A program made the translations under genes and the position numbers. The notes under the pieces were generated by a model. That model was given only the letters and a program-made list of their open reading frames with translations. It was not told the origin of the DNA and ran no database searches. A stretch of 64,000 nucleotides of DNA from Malacoraja senta. Its lineage: Eukaryota. The stretch lies in the NCBI GenBank assembly GCA_038087875.1, contig CM075985.1, positions 14,198,001 through 14,262,000 on the forward strand. The letters run 5' to 3'. Numbering within the stretch: the stretch's first letter is position 1; every line of letters starts with the position of its first letter. Of this stretch, positions 1 through 13,820 are shown piece by piece.

Positions 1-412
1 CCCATTAACTTCAGCTTAATCTCCTTGATGTCACATCATCTAATGGTACATTGGTCAAAGGCTGTCTCTCTCAACCTTATCTTTGGAATTCAGCTTTCTG
101 GTCCTTGGGCTGTGATGAAATCTGGAGCCACGTCGTTCTGGTAAAACACAAACTAGGCATTTTACACTTTGTCGATTGAGTAGAGTGATTGGGTAATTAA
201 TTTGCTGGATTTGATTTATCCTGTTTTGAATGGACATATCTAGGCAATTTCCCCAGTGTTGTATTGATTCTAGAATAGCTTTATTAGGGGCCTATGTGGA
301 GCTCAGTTGGGATTTTGTCTGCAGCTGAGTCCTTTGCTTTACCCAGTGCTCAGTGATTTCCTTAAATCACATGGGCAAATTGAATTGGCTAGAGACTGGC
401 TTCTGAGATTTT

Positions 413-704
413 TTAGTTTAGTTTAGAGATACATTGCGGAAACAGGCCCTTCAGCCTACCGAGTCCACGCCAACCAGTGATCCCCATCGACTGGGGCCAA
501 TTTACTATTTTTACTAGAGCCAATTAACTTACAAACCTGTATGTCTTTGGAATGTGGGTGGAAGCAGGAACCCTCGGGGAAAACCCACGTTGCCACGAGG
601 AGAACGTACAAACTCTATTCAGACAGCAACCGTAGTCAGGATTAAACCCAGGTCTCTGGCGCTGTAAGGCAGCAACTCTACCCTTGTGCCTCTATGCTGC
701 CCCG
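413..704 (-). mobile_element. tRNA-derived SINE (elasmobranch HE1/V-SINE-like) with (CTAAA)n tail
   Basis: (TTTAG)n tail on + strand, body GGAAACAGGCCCTTCAGCC...CAAACTC...GGCAGCAACTCTAC; reverse complement of the copies at 12710 and 59075. Confidence 0.8.
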
Positions 705-1940
705 GTGGGGCTCTTAGGATGAAGTCTAGATGAAGTGACCAAGACACAAAAGACTGCAGATTCTCGACTTTAGAACCAACTACCGGAGAAACTCAGTGGG
801 TCAGGCAGCAGCTACGGAGAGAAAAGGGCAATTGAGTTTCTGGTGAGGTGGGAAAGGGATGATAACAATGGGGGCTGCCATCTGATTCGTGACAGTAACA
901 GAAACTGCAGCATATAATTGCTACAGTAGTCCAGCATGCAAGTCTGTAGCACTTACATGCTGGAGCCTGCCATTATTGAGGATTGGATACTTTTGGAGCC
1001 TCTTTCTTCTCATGTCATTGTTAAATTGTCCATCGTAATAGTTGTGACAGGAATGACTGCAGACCTTTGATCTTATCCATTGATTGTGGGATCACTTGGC
1101 TTTGGCTATTGCCCTACAAAACATTATGCACCATAACATTTTTTAAATATAGTTCTGAGTAGATGTAGCGCAGTAAATGAATACATATGGAAACTATGCT
1201 GGGGTTTTTTTTAAACAAGGGCACGTGCATGTTATGGAATTTGACTCTGGACCTAATTTATGGTTATTACTACTTCATAAATAGCAATTTAAAGCTGTCT
1301 CTGGTTTATGCCTTAAAATAATCTTCTGGATGTCTATAATTTACTCATATTCAATAGGTTGTAATTAGGCAATTTGAACTACATGTGAATATATCGAGGG
1401 TTTATTTTGGGTTGAAACTAAAACGGCAATGTTTACCCTTAATCATAGGCACAAAAAAGTGACAGCAAGCTTTGGAAATTCCAAGAGGCGTATACGAGAA
1501 CATACTGCTGTGTTGCAGATCTGTTTCAGATGAGTGGGCATTGGAAGAGTTACTGCGAAAAAAAGTGTTACATATCATTGCCTTAAATGATTGTCATTAT
1601 GTTTCAATCAGAATTTTGGTGTTTCTTAGCGGGTTTATATAGACAATCAATTTTACTGATGTTCATAGTCTATAAATTAAGTGTTGGCAGTTTCTTGAAC
1701 AGTTACATGTAAGATTATCAATGCTAATTACTTTAGTTTAAAGCCCCTCAGGGTAGCTCCAAGGTCACTCGTGTATGGACAACAGAATGCTACAACTAGT
1801 AGAGGGTTGTTTACAGCTCCAGCTTCACTCCTCTGGTGCTGTTTTAGTGGAGTCTGCATGTTTTCCCTTTGACCACATTTGGTACTATGGTTTCTGCCAT
1901 ATCCCAAAGATGTGGACTAGTAGCTAATTGGCCACTGTAT

Positions 1941-3264
1941 ATAGATACATAGAAAATAGGTGCAGGAGTAGGCCATTCGGCCCTTTGAGCCTGCACCGCC
2001 ATTCAATATGATCATGGCTGATCATCCAACTCAGTATCCCGTACCTGCCTTCTCTCCATACCCCCTGATCCCTTTAGCCACAAGGGCCACATCTAACTCC
2101 CTCTTAAATATAGCCAATGAACTGCCTCAACTACCCTCTGTGGCAGAGAGTTCCAGAGATTCACCACTCTCTGTGTGAAAACGTTTTTCCTCATCTCGGT
2201 CTTAAAGGATTTCCCCCTTATCCTTAAGCTGTGACCCCTTGTCCTGGACATCCCAACATCGGGAACAAACTTCCTGCATCTAGCCTGTCCAACCCCATAA
2301 GAATTTTGTACGTTTCTATATGATCCCCTCTCAATCTCCTAAATTCTAACGAGTATAAGCCAAGTCTATCCAGTCTTTCTTCATATGAAAGTCCTGACAT
2401 CCCAGGAATCAGTCTGGTGAACCTTCTCTGCACTCCCTCTATGGCTATAATATCCTTCCTCAGATTTGGAGACCAAAACTGTACGCAATACTCCAGGTGT
2501 GGTCTCACCAAGACCCTGTACAACTGCAGTAGAACCTCCCTGCTCCTATACTCAAATCCTTTTGCTATGAAAGCTAACATACCATTCGCTTTCTTCACTG
2601 CCTGCTGCACCTGCATGTCTACTTTCAATGACTGGTGTACCATGACACACAGGTCTCGCTGCATCTCCCCTTTCCTAATCGGCCACCATTTAGATAATAG
2701 TCTGCTTTCCTGTTTTTTGCCACCAAAGTGGATAACCTCACATTTATCCACATTATACTGCATCTGCCAAACATTTGCCCACTCACCCAGCCTATCCAAG
2801 TCACCTAGCAGTCTCCTAGCATCCTCCTCACAGCTAACACTGCCCCCCAGCTTAGTGTCATCCGCAAACTTGGAGATGTTGCCTTCAATTCCCTCACCCA
2901 GATCATTAATATAAATTGTAAATAGCTGGGGTCCCAGCACTGAGCCTTGCGGTACCCCACTAGTCACTGCCTGCCATTGTGAAAAGGACCTGTTTACTCC
3001 TACTCTTTGCTTCCTGTTTGCCAGCCAGTTCTCTATCCACATCAATACTGAACCCCCAATACCGTGTGCTTTAAGTTTGTATACTAATCTCTTATGTGGT
3101 ACCTTGTCGAAAGCCTTCTGAAAGTCCAGATACAACACATCCACTGGTTCTCCCCTATCCACTCTACTAGTTACATCCTCGAAAAATTCTATAAGATTCG
3201 TCAGACACGATTTACCTTTCGTAAATCCATGCTGACTTTGTCCAATGATTTCACCACTTTCCAA
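1941..3264 (-). mobile_element. CR1 LINE, 5'-truncated (RT domain and C-terminus, 3' UTR)
   Basis: ORF 2224-3264: QHGF-KGKSCLTNL, YLDFQKAFDKV, SGVPQGSVLGP, FADDTK, RPHLEYCVQFW; CR1 3' UTR and short tandem tail. Confidence 0.95.
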
Positions 3265-3741
3265 ATGGACCTCAAAGTGTAAATAGTAAAATCCGTGAGG
3301 TTGATCAGAATTTGTGGAAAATAAAAGGGATTGGTATAAATGGGTGCTTGGTGTTTGGTAAAGACTTGGTTGGCTGAAGGAGGTGTTTCCATGCTGTTGA
3401 TTCCGTGACGCATAGCATTTTTACCCAGGCACCAGAGTGGTAATCCAGAATTATTTGAAAACCCTCGGGTGAAATTAGTTTTTGACATAAGCAAAATATT
3501 CTCACCTATGCCTTTTAGGACTTTCAAAACCTGCTATTAATTTTCACCTTTTCTTCTTTAAGCTTTTTCTCCTTCTGGACCTTTAACTCATTATTTGATG
3601 TCAATAACATCAACATTTTCCATGTTCTTTTAAAGCATTTGAGTGTCCCTCTGAGTAATTGAAATATGAACCTTTTTAACTAATCAGTAGTGTGTGAATT
3701 AGGTACAAGTACTTCATAGAGCCAACAAAGCAACTATTAGA

Positions 3742-4897
3742 TAGACACAAAAAGCTGGAGTAACTCAGCGGGTCAGATAGCATCTCTGGAGAAAAGGAAT
3801 AGGTGACGTTTCGGGTCGAGACCCTTCTTCAGACTGAGAGTCAGGGGAAATGGAAGCGAGAGATATAGACGGTGATATAGAGAGATTTAGAACAAATGAA
3901 AGATATGCAAAAAAGTAACGATGATAAAGGAAACCGTCCATTGTTAGCTGTGTGCTAGGTGAGAACAAGTACAGACAATGAGATTCAACCAGACAACTTT
4001 GAAGCCGGTACGACTTGGGTGGGGAAGGGATGGAGAGGGGGACGGAATGCAAAGGTTATTTGAAGCTAAAGAAATCAACATTCATACCACTGGGTTGTAA
4101 GCTGCCCAAGCAAAATATGAGGTGGTGTTCCTCTAATTTGCGTTTGGACTCACTCTAACAATGGAGGAGGCCTAGGACAGAAAGGTCAATGTGGGAAGGG
4201 GAATCAAAGTATTTGGCAACCGAGAGTTCAGGTAGGTCCAGATGGACTGAGCGAAGGTGTTCAGCTAAACGATCGCTCAGTCTACATTTGGTTTCACCAA
4301 TGTATAAGAGTCCACACCTTGAACAATGGATACAGTAGATGAGATTGGAGGAGGTGCATTTGAACCTATGCCTGACCAGAAAGGACTGTTGGGGTCCCTG
4401 GACAAGGGTGAGGAGGAAAAGGGACTGGTGTTGCATGTCCAGCAGTTGAGGGGGAAGGTACCTGGGGAGGGGGTGGTTTGGGTGGGAAGGGGTGAGTTAA
4501 CCATGGTGTTGCGGAGGGACGGTCTCTGCGGAAGGCGGAAAGGGGTGGAGATAGGAATATATGACTAGTTGTGGGATCCCGTTGGAGTGGCGAAAATGTT
4601 GGAGGATTATGTGTTGTATGCGACGGCTGATGAAAGGTAAGGACTAAGGGGACTCTGTCCATGTTGTGACTAGAGGGAGGGGGAGCAAGAGTGGACCTGT
4701 GGGGTACCGAGGAGACAGTTGTAAGGGCCTCATCCATGATGGAAGAGGGGAACCTGAGTTCCCTAAAGAATGAGGACATCTTGGATGTCCTGGTATGGAA
4801 CACCTCATCTTGGACGCAGATGCGGATGAGATGCAGGAATTGGGAGTTGGGGATAGAGTCTTTGCAGGAAGCAGGGTGGGAAGAAGTGTAGTCTAGC
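3742..4897 (-). mobile_element. Penelope-like element fragment (RT thumb, GIY-YIG endonuclease, 3' end with hammerhead)
   Basis: SSNLIYCIHCSRCGLLYIGETKCRLSDRLAEH GIY-YIG motif; RVPLVLTFH; frameshifted. Confidence 0.9.
3803..3835 (-). ncRNA. Minimal type I hammerhead ribozyme (Penelope-associated)
   Basis: Minus strand CTGAAGA-AGGGTCTCGACCC-GAAACGTC: CUGAnGA box, stem II, GAAA box, palindromic ACGU stem III, GUC cleavage triplet. Confidence 0.75.
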
Positions 4898-5834
4898 GGG
4901 AGTCAGGTTTATGATAGACATCATAGCATAGCAAACCGTTGCAGGATTTTGTGTATTTCGGATGCAATCGATTGGTGCTGTATTTTGGCCCAATCTGCAA
5001 TTAAGGACCCACAAGCATTGTTAAATATACATATTTAAAACAAAATAAAAATCTCCAAATAACCCTGCCTCCCCCCCCACCCACCTTAAATTATTTTGAT
5101 GCACTAAAATGCAACCTGCCACACTCCCTAGCAGCAACTGCCTATAGAGACTGCAGCAGCTGTGTCTTCAACTACATGGTCCCCAAGTTACATAACTATT
5201 CAATTTCTGAGAACTCTAGGCAAACCAAATTTTTTCCCCACGTCAGTGCCGATCTGCAAGTGCAGAAGTGATTGGCAAGAGAAACATTGGTGCCAATTGG
5301 GATGTGGACAGAAGGGTTTTGGTTTATCTATCCTGTAGCCATGCTGTATTTCGTACTATAATGATGTGAAACACCCCTGGGTGTATGGAGCAACTGAAAA
5401 TTTGTTTTTTAATACATTAAAAGAGGACTTGCTATTAATATTGTGATAGATTTCTACAAGCCCATCAATGATTCACCCACAAAACCAAATTTCAACAAAA
5501 ATCTAATTAAATAGGATTGGTAACTGGAACTATTATCAGAATATAATCATCCCATATTGTTGAATAGTATTCATTTGTTAGACTATAGAGCTACTCACAT
5601 CGTATAGTTCTGTATAAACTTACTATCATTCTTTTACTATCTTTTATGTTCACCCAGGCTAGCACTACACATAATTAAACAAATGGAACATCTTCTGTAT
5701 CAGTAGTTAATGAATACCAGTTTTCATTTCTGTAACTTTCGTATCTTGATAAATTCTTTAAACATATATGGAAGATTTCCATAAGTCGCATCTTCCTTAA
5801 CTCGGGAAGCCCCTGAGTATTGAAGGCCGCTGTG

Positions 5835-6150
5835 TAAAATGCAGGAGATTGTGCAGAGAAGGTTGACCAGAATGCTGCCTGGATTAGAGGGTGTCAGCTA
5901 CAGGGAGAGGTTAGATAGACTTGGAGGAAAGTTTAAAGAAGATGTGCGGGGCAAGTTTTTTGTACAGAGAGTAGTGGAGGCCTGGAATGCATTGCTAGGG
6001 GTGATGGTGGAGGCAGATATGATAGTGGCGTTACGAGGCCGTCCGATAGGCACAGGGAATAGAGAGATATGGATTATGTAAGGCAGATGAGCTGTTTAAC
6101 TTGGCAACATTGTTGGCCGAAGGGCTCGTTCCTGTTGAACTGTTCTGTGT
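5835..6150 (+). mobile_element. Internally deleted CR1 3' fragment
   Basis: VQRRLTRMLPGLEGVSYRERLDRLG joined to FFVQRVVEAWNAL. Confidence 0.8.
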
Positions 6151-6377
6151 CTTAAATCTGATTAATATCATGAATGGAATTTCCAAAGGGACTCTCCCAT
6201 TGTATATTTAGGAGAAAGAGGAGGGCTGTGGCAGCACCGCTTATGGACACTCAATTTTAATACTGCAGATGCTCGAAATGAGAAAAAATGTGACAGGTTG
6301 GAAATGCTCAGCAGATCAGGCAGAATCTTTGGAAAAAAGGAGTTCAATGTTTTGGTTTGATATCTATCATCAGTTTT

Positions 6378-7012
6378 CATAAGATCATGTGATAGGAGCA
6401 GAATTAGGCCATTTGGCCAATCAAGCCTACTCTGCCATTCAATCATAGCTGATCCATCTCCTAACCCCGTTCTCCTGCCTTCTCTCCATAACTTCTGACA
6501 CCTGTACTAATCAAGAATCTATCTGTCTCTGCCTTAAAATATCCACTAACTTTGCCTCCACAGCTTTCTGTGGCAAAGAATTCCACAGATTCACCACCCT
6601 TTGACTAAAGAAATTCCTCATCTCCTTCTTAAAAGAACGTCCTTTAATTCTGAGGCAATGACCTCTAGTCCTAGACTCTCCCACTAGTGGAAACATCCTC
6701 TCCACATCCACTCTATCCAAGCCTTTCTATCTGTACGTTTTAATGAGGTCCCCCCTCATTCTTCTAAACTCCAGTGAGTACAGGCCCAGTGCCATCAAAC
6801 GCTCATCATATGTTAACCTACTCATTCCTGGGATCATTCTTGTAAACCTCCTCTGGACTCTCTCCAGATCCAGCACATCCTTCCTCAGATATGGTGCCCA
6901 AAATTGCTCTCAATATTCCAAATGCAGCCTGACCTGCACCTTATAGAGCCTCAGCATTGCATCTGTTTTTGTATACAAGCCCTCTCGAAATAAATGCTAG
7001 CATTGAGTTTGC
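6378..7012 (-). mobile_element. CR1 LINE 3' fragment
   Basis: ESRTRGHCLRIKG...FFSQRVVNLWNSLPQKAVEA plus CR1 3' UTR. Confidence 0.9.
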
Positions 7013-7637
7013 GTTGTCCTTGTTTGCTCGTCGTTAATCATTCAAGAGAAAGGTAGGTGTTTTTCTTTATTATATTTAAGATGATCAAATGTTGAAAATG
7101 TATTTTCAAGTTCCTGAGGTCTAGCCAGCTAGAAGTTTTGCTACACCGATAGCACTTGTTGCTAAAATTGTGAAATGCTTTGTATTGTGAAAATAGCACT
7201 CGGGTTTGATGGAATATTTTCTTGGAAGTTGCATTTAGTGACTTCAAATAATTCTAACAAAGCAAAAACACAACGTGTAAAACCATAATCATTTATTGCA
7301 CGACCAAAAGCAAAAATTGGTATCAAAGTGTGAAAACTGATTACTTTCTCATCGGGAATAAATCTGTAAGCTAATGTCTCCAGGTACCCTAAGAACATAC
7401 TCTCATTTGTCACAGGAATGCTGCTGCAAATCCTTCAAGGCACACAAATTTGGTAATAAAATGGACCCAATAATGGCAAAAAACAAAATTGTACAGATAT
7501 GCTTGTAACTTTAAATGAGGCTGCCTTGTATTAATGCACTATTTTATTATACTAAAAGGATAAAATATTTATATCTTATTTAATTTTAAAACAGTAATAT
7601 GAATCCTTAAATCCTTAAATAATTGTTTCTATTCCAG

Positions 7638-7763
7638 TACTACTTAGAACCACGAAGAAAACTTGAAGAAGCTCGAGAAAGATATGGATTGAAATCGGAG
7701 GATTTCTTTGTTTTGAATCATGGAGAATCAACAAATTTGAGTGAGAACAAAGGTTTTCAATGA
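7638..7763 (+). CDS. NAPEPLD: N-acyl-phosphatidylethanolamine phospholipase D, last coding exon
   Basis: Acceptor ttctattccag, then [41 protein letters not shown], matching the NAPE-PLD C-terminus (HYLEPPVKLNEALERYGL...DFFVLKHGES); expected neighbour of ARMC10. Confidence 0.93.
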   Translation, partial: YYLEPRRKLEEARERYGLKSEDFFVLNHGESTNLSENKGFQ

Positions 7764-9966
7764 TAAACAAACAATGTGTGGTTGTTTCACACAAAGGTTG
7801 TATCTGATACATCTGACGCTCATTGTCTTTAATTTTGGGTTGATCGTTCATTGAACTATTAGTTTATTAAATGTTACATTTTATTTATCCTACTTAATGT
7901 GCTCTAACTATAAACATTGCATACACTTGCTTTCTCCCCACTCGCATTAAACCATCAGTTAAAGCTTTGGACATCAGAAAACTGTTTCTACACGAGTAAA
8001 AACATAATTACATAATTAAAACCATTAATCAATATTTTCAGTTTTATGTTAGTTAATCAAAGCCCATATAATGTTTATTTTATCAAATAGCCATCACGTA
8101 GCATTTTATTGATAGGAGCTTTATGGATTTTCCAAGTGTCAGTTGCCTTAAGGGAATCCGTGGTTGTCCTCTATTCCAGTTTTTACTGCACGTTTGCCAA
8201 AATAACTCAAGATTGCAGTTAAATGTGTATTTTGAGTGTGTTAAAAATACATAAACATTACAGTAATTAAATACTGTATATAAGCAGTTATTTCAATGTA
8301 ACTTGTGTTGTGACCTTGATTTTTAAATGGAAGGTTGACCTTACGCCATGTGCCTTTTGAATCAACACCACGGATGCACTGGTGCCTGGTGGTGCACAAA
8401 GATATCAGTGTTTCTTTCCAGAATGAATGGTCCCATGGGCCTGAACTATGAGATTAGTTTGTATTGTGAAGCTAAAATATGTTACAGAACCAGAGTAGAT
8501 TCCAGGATTGAAGGCAGAAATAACATTACCCAGGTGTTTGTAATCTCCTATGCAACTGTTTCAAATATACTTTGCTGTAATGGTGACTGTCTCATATATT
8601 ATGTCTCTACTTTGCATTCCTGGCTATTTTACAAATAACAGTTCTCCACTCAGGAAATATTTTATTTTAGGAAGCACAAGAGATTGCAGATGCTGGTAAC
8701 TGGAACATAAAATAAACTGATGCAGAGAAACATTGACTATTCCTCACTTCCACAGATACTGCCTCGCCTGCTAAGTTCCTCTAGCAATTTGTTTTTTTGT
8801 TAGGAGATTTTTGAACTGTTTCCAATCAACTCTAGAGGTGGGCAGGTCACTTTAAAAATAGTAGTACCTACACCTTGGATTTATTTTCCTATGTTAAAAT
8901 CTATTGTTTTGTTGATTAAATCTGTGCATCGGTACTCATGTGGAGCCTACTTCAGTTTTCATAAATATTAGATAGAAATGTAAAATGTTAATACATGTAA
9001 ATATATGATAAAATGTAAGATTTCGAAAAATAAGTCAATCTCCCAGATACATTGTTCAGATAAAAATTAAAAGTTATCTCTGATTCTGATTACAATTTAT
9101 TTCTTTACATGAGTACAAAGTGGCTAGATTTCTATTGGAGTTCCTTCTGCTGTCTTCAACAAGAACAACAGGCAACAGGAAGAAAAACTTTACTATTAAT
9201 CAATGCAGAAGAAACATAAATCTACAATAGCAATAATTGCTGCTTGTTCAAATGAAAAAAAGTGTCCACATAATACAAGTTAAGTTTTTAAAACAAAATA
9301 ATCTGCTGTTCCATTGACATTGGTATCCCAATCTAAATGCAGTTGGTCTCTGTTCGTGTATATCCCAGTGGTGAGTACCCTCCCAATGGTATCTAATGTC
9401 AAAATATGTAAATATTTACCATTTCTATTTCCTTCCTCCACTCTTTCCCTGGAGAGAATGATTAAAACTATTATCTATTTTTGGGTAACTATATGGGGAA
9501 GTGTTTTTATCTTGCATATCTTTTCAAGTTACAATTTATCCACTTTTCAAACATTCTATATTAAACAAATAGAAGTATCACAACTTAAGTATTCAAAAAG
9601 AGGCAGCAGTATCACAGCACATCAATTTACAGTGATTTTTCAAAATACTTCAGAAATGTTGACTAGCCACTATACCTTTTTTAGACTGGATTATGTTCTC
9701 AACATTCCTTTTGGACTAATGCCCAAGGTAAGATTGATTTAGAAGATTTAATTACCATCTCTACAGATAGCACAATTACAGCAAAATCAGCATTAGCATA
9801 AAGATATTTAATGAGTGTTGGAATGAGTGCTATATACACAATGCATTTAATTTGACGTTAAATTACTATTATACTTGCATATTTATTCTTAAGTTGATAC
9901 ATTTACATTATATAGTGAACAAAACAGGATTAGTTGGGAATAAAAAATATCAAAGAGCATTTTGTC

Positions 9967-10215
9967 TTAGACTATAATTCTGGCCATGTGTTGTCTCACT
10001 TCAGGATCTTGGTATAACATAAGTGATGCAATTTTCTGAAAAAATTGTGTTGAACACCCAAATATTACAGAATGAAGTGATTCTATTCTATATTCATACT
10101 GAACAGAGTCGTGCAACAAGTTCATATTTTCCTTTAGAATTGCAATGAACACAAGCATTCGTATAAGAAATTCTTTGCTTATGGTGTTGTCAAACAAAAG
10201 GAACAATGGTGGCAC
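9967..10215 (-). CDS. ARMC10: Armadillo repeat-containing protein 10, last coding exon
   Basis: Acceptor tttttgttccag; VPPLFLLFDNTISKEFLIRMLVF...DPEVRQHMARIIV*, ARMC10/ARMCX C-terminus. Confidence 0.88.
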   Translation of the reverse strand: MPPLFLLFDNTISKEFLIRMLVFIAILKENMNLLHDSVQYEYRIESLHSVIFGCSTQFFQKIASLMLYQDPEVRQHMARIIV

Positions 10216-10994
10216 CTGGAACAAAAAAAATAAACATGTTCACAAAGCCTTATAAATCACAGTTTTAAATTGGGTTTTAGATTACACCTAGATTTAACCT
10301 GGGGTATACTCATCCAAGTGTACACTGGACATCTCTGAATATTTCCTCCTACAATTATTTTTATTTATATCTCAATTAAATGGTTATTCCTTTGAACAAA
10401 GAATAATTACAAAATGGCGATATGTTAATCTTTATGTATATTTGAATATTAATATTTTATAGTGCAATCAATGCCTGTAATCACGAGTAAAGTATACAAA
10501 TACAATGTCCAATTAAGGTTCACAAACAAATAAGGGTTGTTAAATTTAAAACACTCAATCATTGTTTTTGACATTTCTATTAGGGATATGTGGTCTTGAG
10601 CAACTGTAGCTGTCCCAAAGTAAAGTTTTTTTCCCCAGCAATTTCTTGTGGACAATAACTGGTAATCTCACTCAAAACAACTGCATAGAATATTTAGTTG
10701 GATTAGTTTAAGGAACCTTCAGCCTACAACCCAATTCAACTAGAACCATGTCATACACATTGGATTCATTTACATAGTTTATATTACAAAATAGTTTATA
10801 TTAACAATTTATTAGAAATTATGTCTTTGGTAAAATATATTGGGAAGATGTCTTTTGAATTATTTTGAATGCTACTCTTATGAGCAAATAAGATGAGAAA
10901 AAACAATACTGCAAGGTTCATGAAATTTGGGCATCTGTTTGTTGTGCCACTGTCTTTTAGTTGACATTAAACCCCAGCAACACTCCATTTAATG

Positions 10995-11482
10995 TTTAAG
11001 AAGGAACTGCAGATGCTGGAAAATCGAAGGTACACAAAAAAGCTGGAGAAGCTCAGCGGGTGCAGCAGCATCTATGGAGCGAAGGAAATAGGCAACATTT
11101 CGGGCCGAAACCCTTCTTCAGACTGATGGGTGGTGGGGGGGGCGGGGAGAAGAAAGGAAAAAGGAGGAGGAGCCTGAGGGCTGAGGGAGAGCTAGGAAGG
11201 GGAGGAGACAGCAAGGGCTAACAGAATTGGGAGAATTCAATGATCATGCCACCAGGATGCAGACTACCCAAGCGGAATATGAGGTGCTGTTCCTCCAATT
11301 TCCCGTGGTGCTCACTCTGGCCATGGAGGAGGCCCAGGACAGAGAGGCCGGATACGGAATGGGAGGGGGAGTTGAAGTGCTTCAACCGGGAGGTCAGGTT
11401 GGTTAATGCGGACCGAGCGGAGGTGTTCGGTGAAACGATCACCAAGCCTACGCTTGGTCTCACCGATGTAGATCAGCTGACA
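10995..11482 (-). mobile_element. Penelope-like element 3' fragment (GIY-YIG plus tail with degenerate hammerhead)
   Basis: CQLIYIGETKRRLGDRFTEH, KLEEQHLIFRLGSLHP; tail CTGAAGAAGGGTTTCGGCCCGAAA. Confidence 0.9.
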
Positions 11483-11495
11483 TTCCGTATCCGTA

Positions 11496-12215
11496 TACTG
11501 GACCATTTGGCCCCAGTCACACAGGAGGCCTGGTCCCCCAACGCAATGTTCCAACCCATAGCCCCTAACTGCACAGGCGTGGCTCATTTCCCCTCATCCC
11601 CCAGCACTCCCTCCCCCTCCTCTTCATTTGTGGGGGGAGGGGGGAAGGGAAGTGTGGGGGGGGGAGGTGTAAGGGGGTGTGTGGGGGAGGGGGTTTTGTG
11701 TGGCGGGGCTGGGGTGGGGGGGTGCGCTGGCAGAGGGGTTGGGGAGGGGTGAGTTTGTGTGGGTACGGGGGGATTGTGGGGGGGAAGGATGTGTGGGTGG
11801 GTTGGTGGGGGGGGGGGGAGAGTGAGCCCGGAGAAAAGATGGGGGAAGAGCCATGGGGGAGAGGGGGCATCACGGGGAGGGGGGAGGAGCCAGCGAGGGG
11901 GGCATCACGGGGAGGGGGAGGAGCCAGCGAGGGGGACCAGAGGAGTAGTGGCTGGAATTGATGGTGCGATGGGGACTCGCAGCGGGCGCTGGTCGCTGGT
12001 CTTTCTCCGCTGGGTTCAGAGTCTCTGCTTTCCATTTGGCGACATCGGCAACACCTCCGACTCCGGGCTGGGTCGGGGCTGCTTGGGCCTGCTGCTGGGG
12101 GTGGGGGGGCATTGTAGAGGAGGGTGGGTGTGGTAGGGGGGTGCGTGGGCTCACCGGTTCCCGGCTCCGACCGCACTCCGCTATCGCGAACCATTTTTGA
12201 GATGTACAGACAGAC
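11496..12215 (-). mobile_element. Non-autonomous Helitron-like element (degenerate 3' end, G-rich interior)
   Basis: Shares the subterminal block GGTCCCCCAACGCAAT...CCCCTAACTGCACAGGCGTGGCTCATT and interior segments with the intact Helitron at 56599-57908. Confidence 0.65.
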
Positions 12216-12563
12216 GCATGCATGCAAAAACCATCATCACTGGAGGGAGTCAGAAATAAATTAGCATAAGACCTGTACTGTCAACAGTATTAAAATTGTA
12301 GCAGTACATTTAAGTCGCAGCTCGAACAGCCTTTGCACCACACAAGAGAGTTTACACTTCAATGTAATCTGTTGTGTTGGCATCTTAGAATGGATATGTA
12401 GATTTATGATCACCTTAAACTTCTTGCCAGCAAAATTTAAAAAATTCAAAACTGGGCAGTACAAGTGAATACTGTTCTGAATAAAGTGTTAGATTGGTAT
12501 CATTGTGTACAAGGGTATTATTAAATATGTGGTCAAAATAAATAGCATCAGCTTATAGCTTAC

Positions 12564-12635
12564 CTGAGCACAGAGAAGGTCATGCGTTAACTCTGGATCT
12601 GTAGACAAATTTACCAGGATTTTCAATGCCTGAAC
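12564..12635 (-). CDS. ARMC10: ARMC10 penultimate coding exon (72 nt)
   Basis: ag|VQALKILVNLSTDPELTHDLLCAQ|gtaag; compare human VQVLKLLLNLSENPAMTEGLLRAQ (also 24 aa). Confidence 0.92.
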
Positions 12636-12707
12636 CTGTTTTTATAAAAAAAGATGGATTAGAGAAACTATTCCTCTTATCTGCCTTCATTGCGCCAGTA
12701 TCTTTTG

Positions 12708-13012
12708 GGTGGCACAGCGGTAGAGCTACTGCTTTACAGCACTAGAGACCCGGATTCGATCCTGACTGTGGGTGCTTGTCTATATGGAGTTTGTATGTTC
12801 TTGCCCGTCACCTGTGTGGAATTTCTCTGAGATCTCCAGTTTCCTCCCACACTTCAAAGACTTAAAAAGTTTGAGGGTTAATTGGCTTGGTATAAATGTA
12901 AATTGTCCCTAGTGTGTGTTGGATAGTGTTAATGCGCAGGGATCACGGGCCGGTGTGGACTCAGTGGGCCGAAGGGCCTGTTTCCACACTATCTCTAAAC
13001 TAAAAACTAAAA
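12708..13012 (+). mobile_element. tRNA-derived SINE (HE1/V-SINE-like)
   Basis: A box GGTGGCACAGCGGTAGAG, B box GGATTCGATCC, central domain, CTAAA tail. Confidence 0.85.
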
Positions 13013-13820
13013 TTTGTTTCAACGGCTGACTTACAATTCAACAGACTGCATTCACCTTGCCGTTCAAGAGACTTTACAGGAACTGCATGCAATCGATTCA
13101 AAGTGGGAGGAATATCATAAACGGTCTGATTACCCCCTTCATATAGCTTCAAATTATCATTGAGATAAACTTATTTCACATCTCGGCAGTAAGTGGATAA
13201 AACACTAACATTTAGAAGATAAAGCTTTGAATAAACAAAATAATATTATATTACAATCCTTATAATTATATTTTTGAGTATGTATCAACGTAGCGCCAAT
13301 TCCAGACCCTCACAATCTTTGCAAGGTTACTTTACTACATGAAGGAAAGCCCTGTCTTATTCCAGTAAGGCAAATTCTTTACGTTAGAACTGCCCTTATT
13401 TCAGATCTGACAAGAACGACAATAGAATGGAACAGATTAAACAATCTGTCATGTGCAATTCAAATCACCATAATTTCTCAGGTACAAGTGCACTCAAAGG
13501 TGTCAAAGCAAAATGTTGGCTCTTCTTCAATGAAGGATCTGCATGGAATAATCAATCGCTTAACACTTGGATGGGAAAACTAAAATGATGAGCATCTTAT
13601 TTTGTAATCCAATACTGGAAAAGAATCTGAAGATAGTAGGAGGACTCAAGCTAAACATACAGCAAGATACCTGGTAAATCACATTTAGGCATTCATCTCC
13701 CTAAATCTCCCATTTAAGTCAAATGTTTTTTCCCCTTAGAATGCATCATCTCTCTCCCCCTCCCTCACTCCCTCCCCCTCTCCCCTCCCTCCCTCCCTCC
13801 CTCTCTCTCTCTCTCCCTCT

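Noticed and set aside
7038-7413. Short minus-strand ORFs in the last NAPEPLD intron
   Set aside because: No recognisable protein motif or splice structure.
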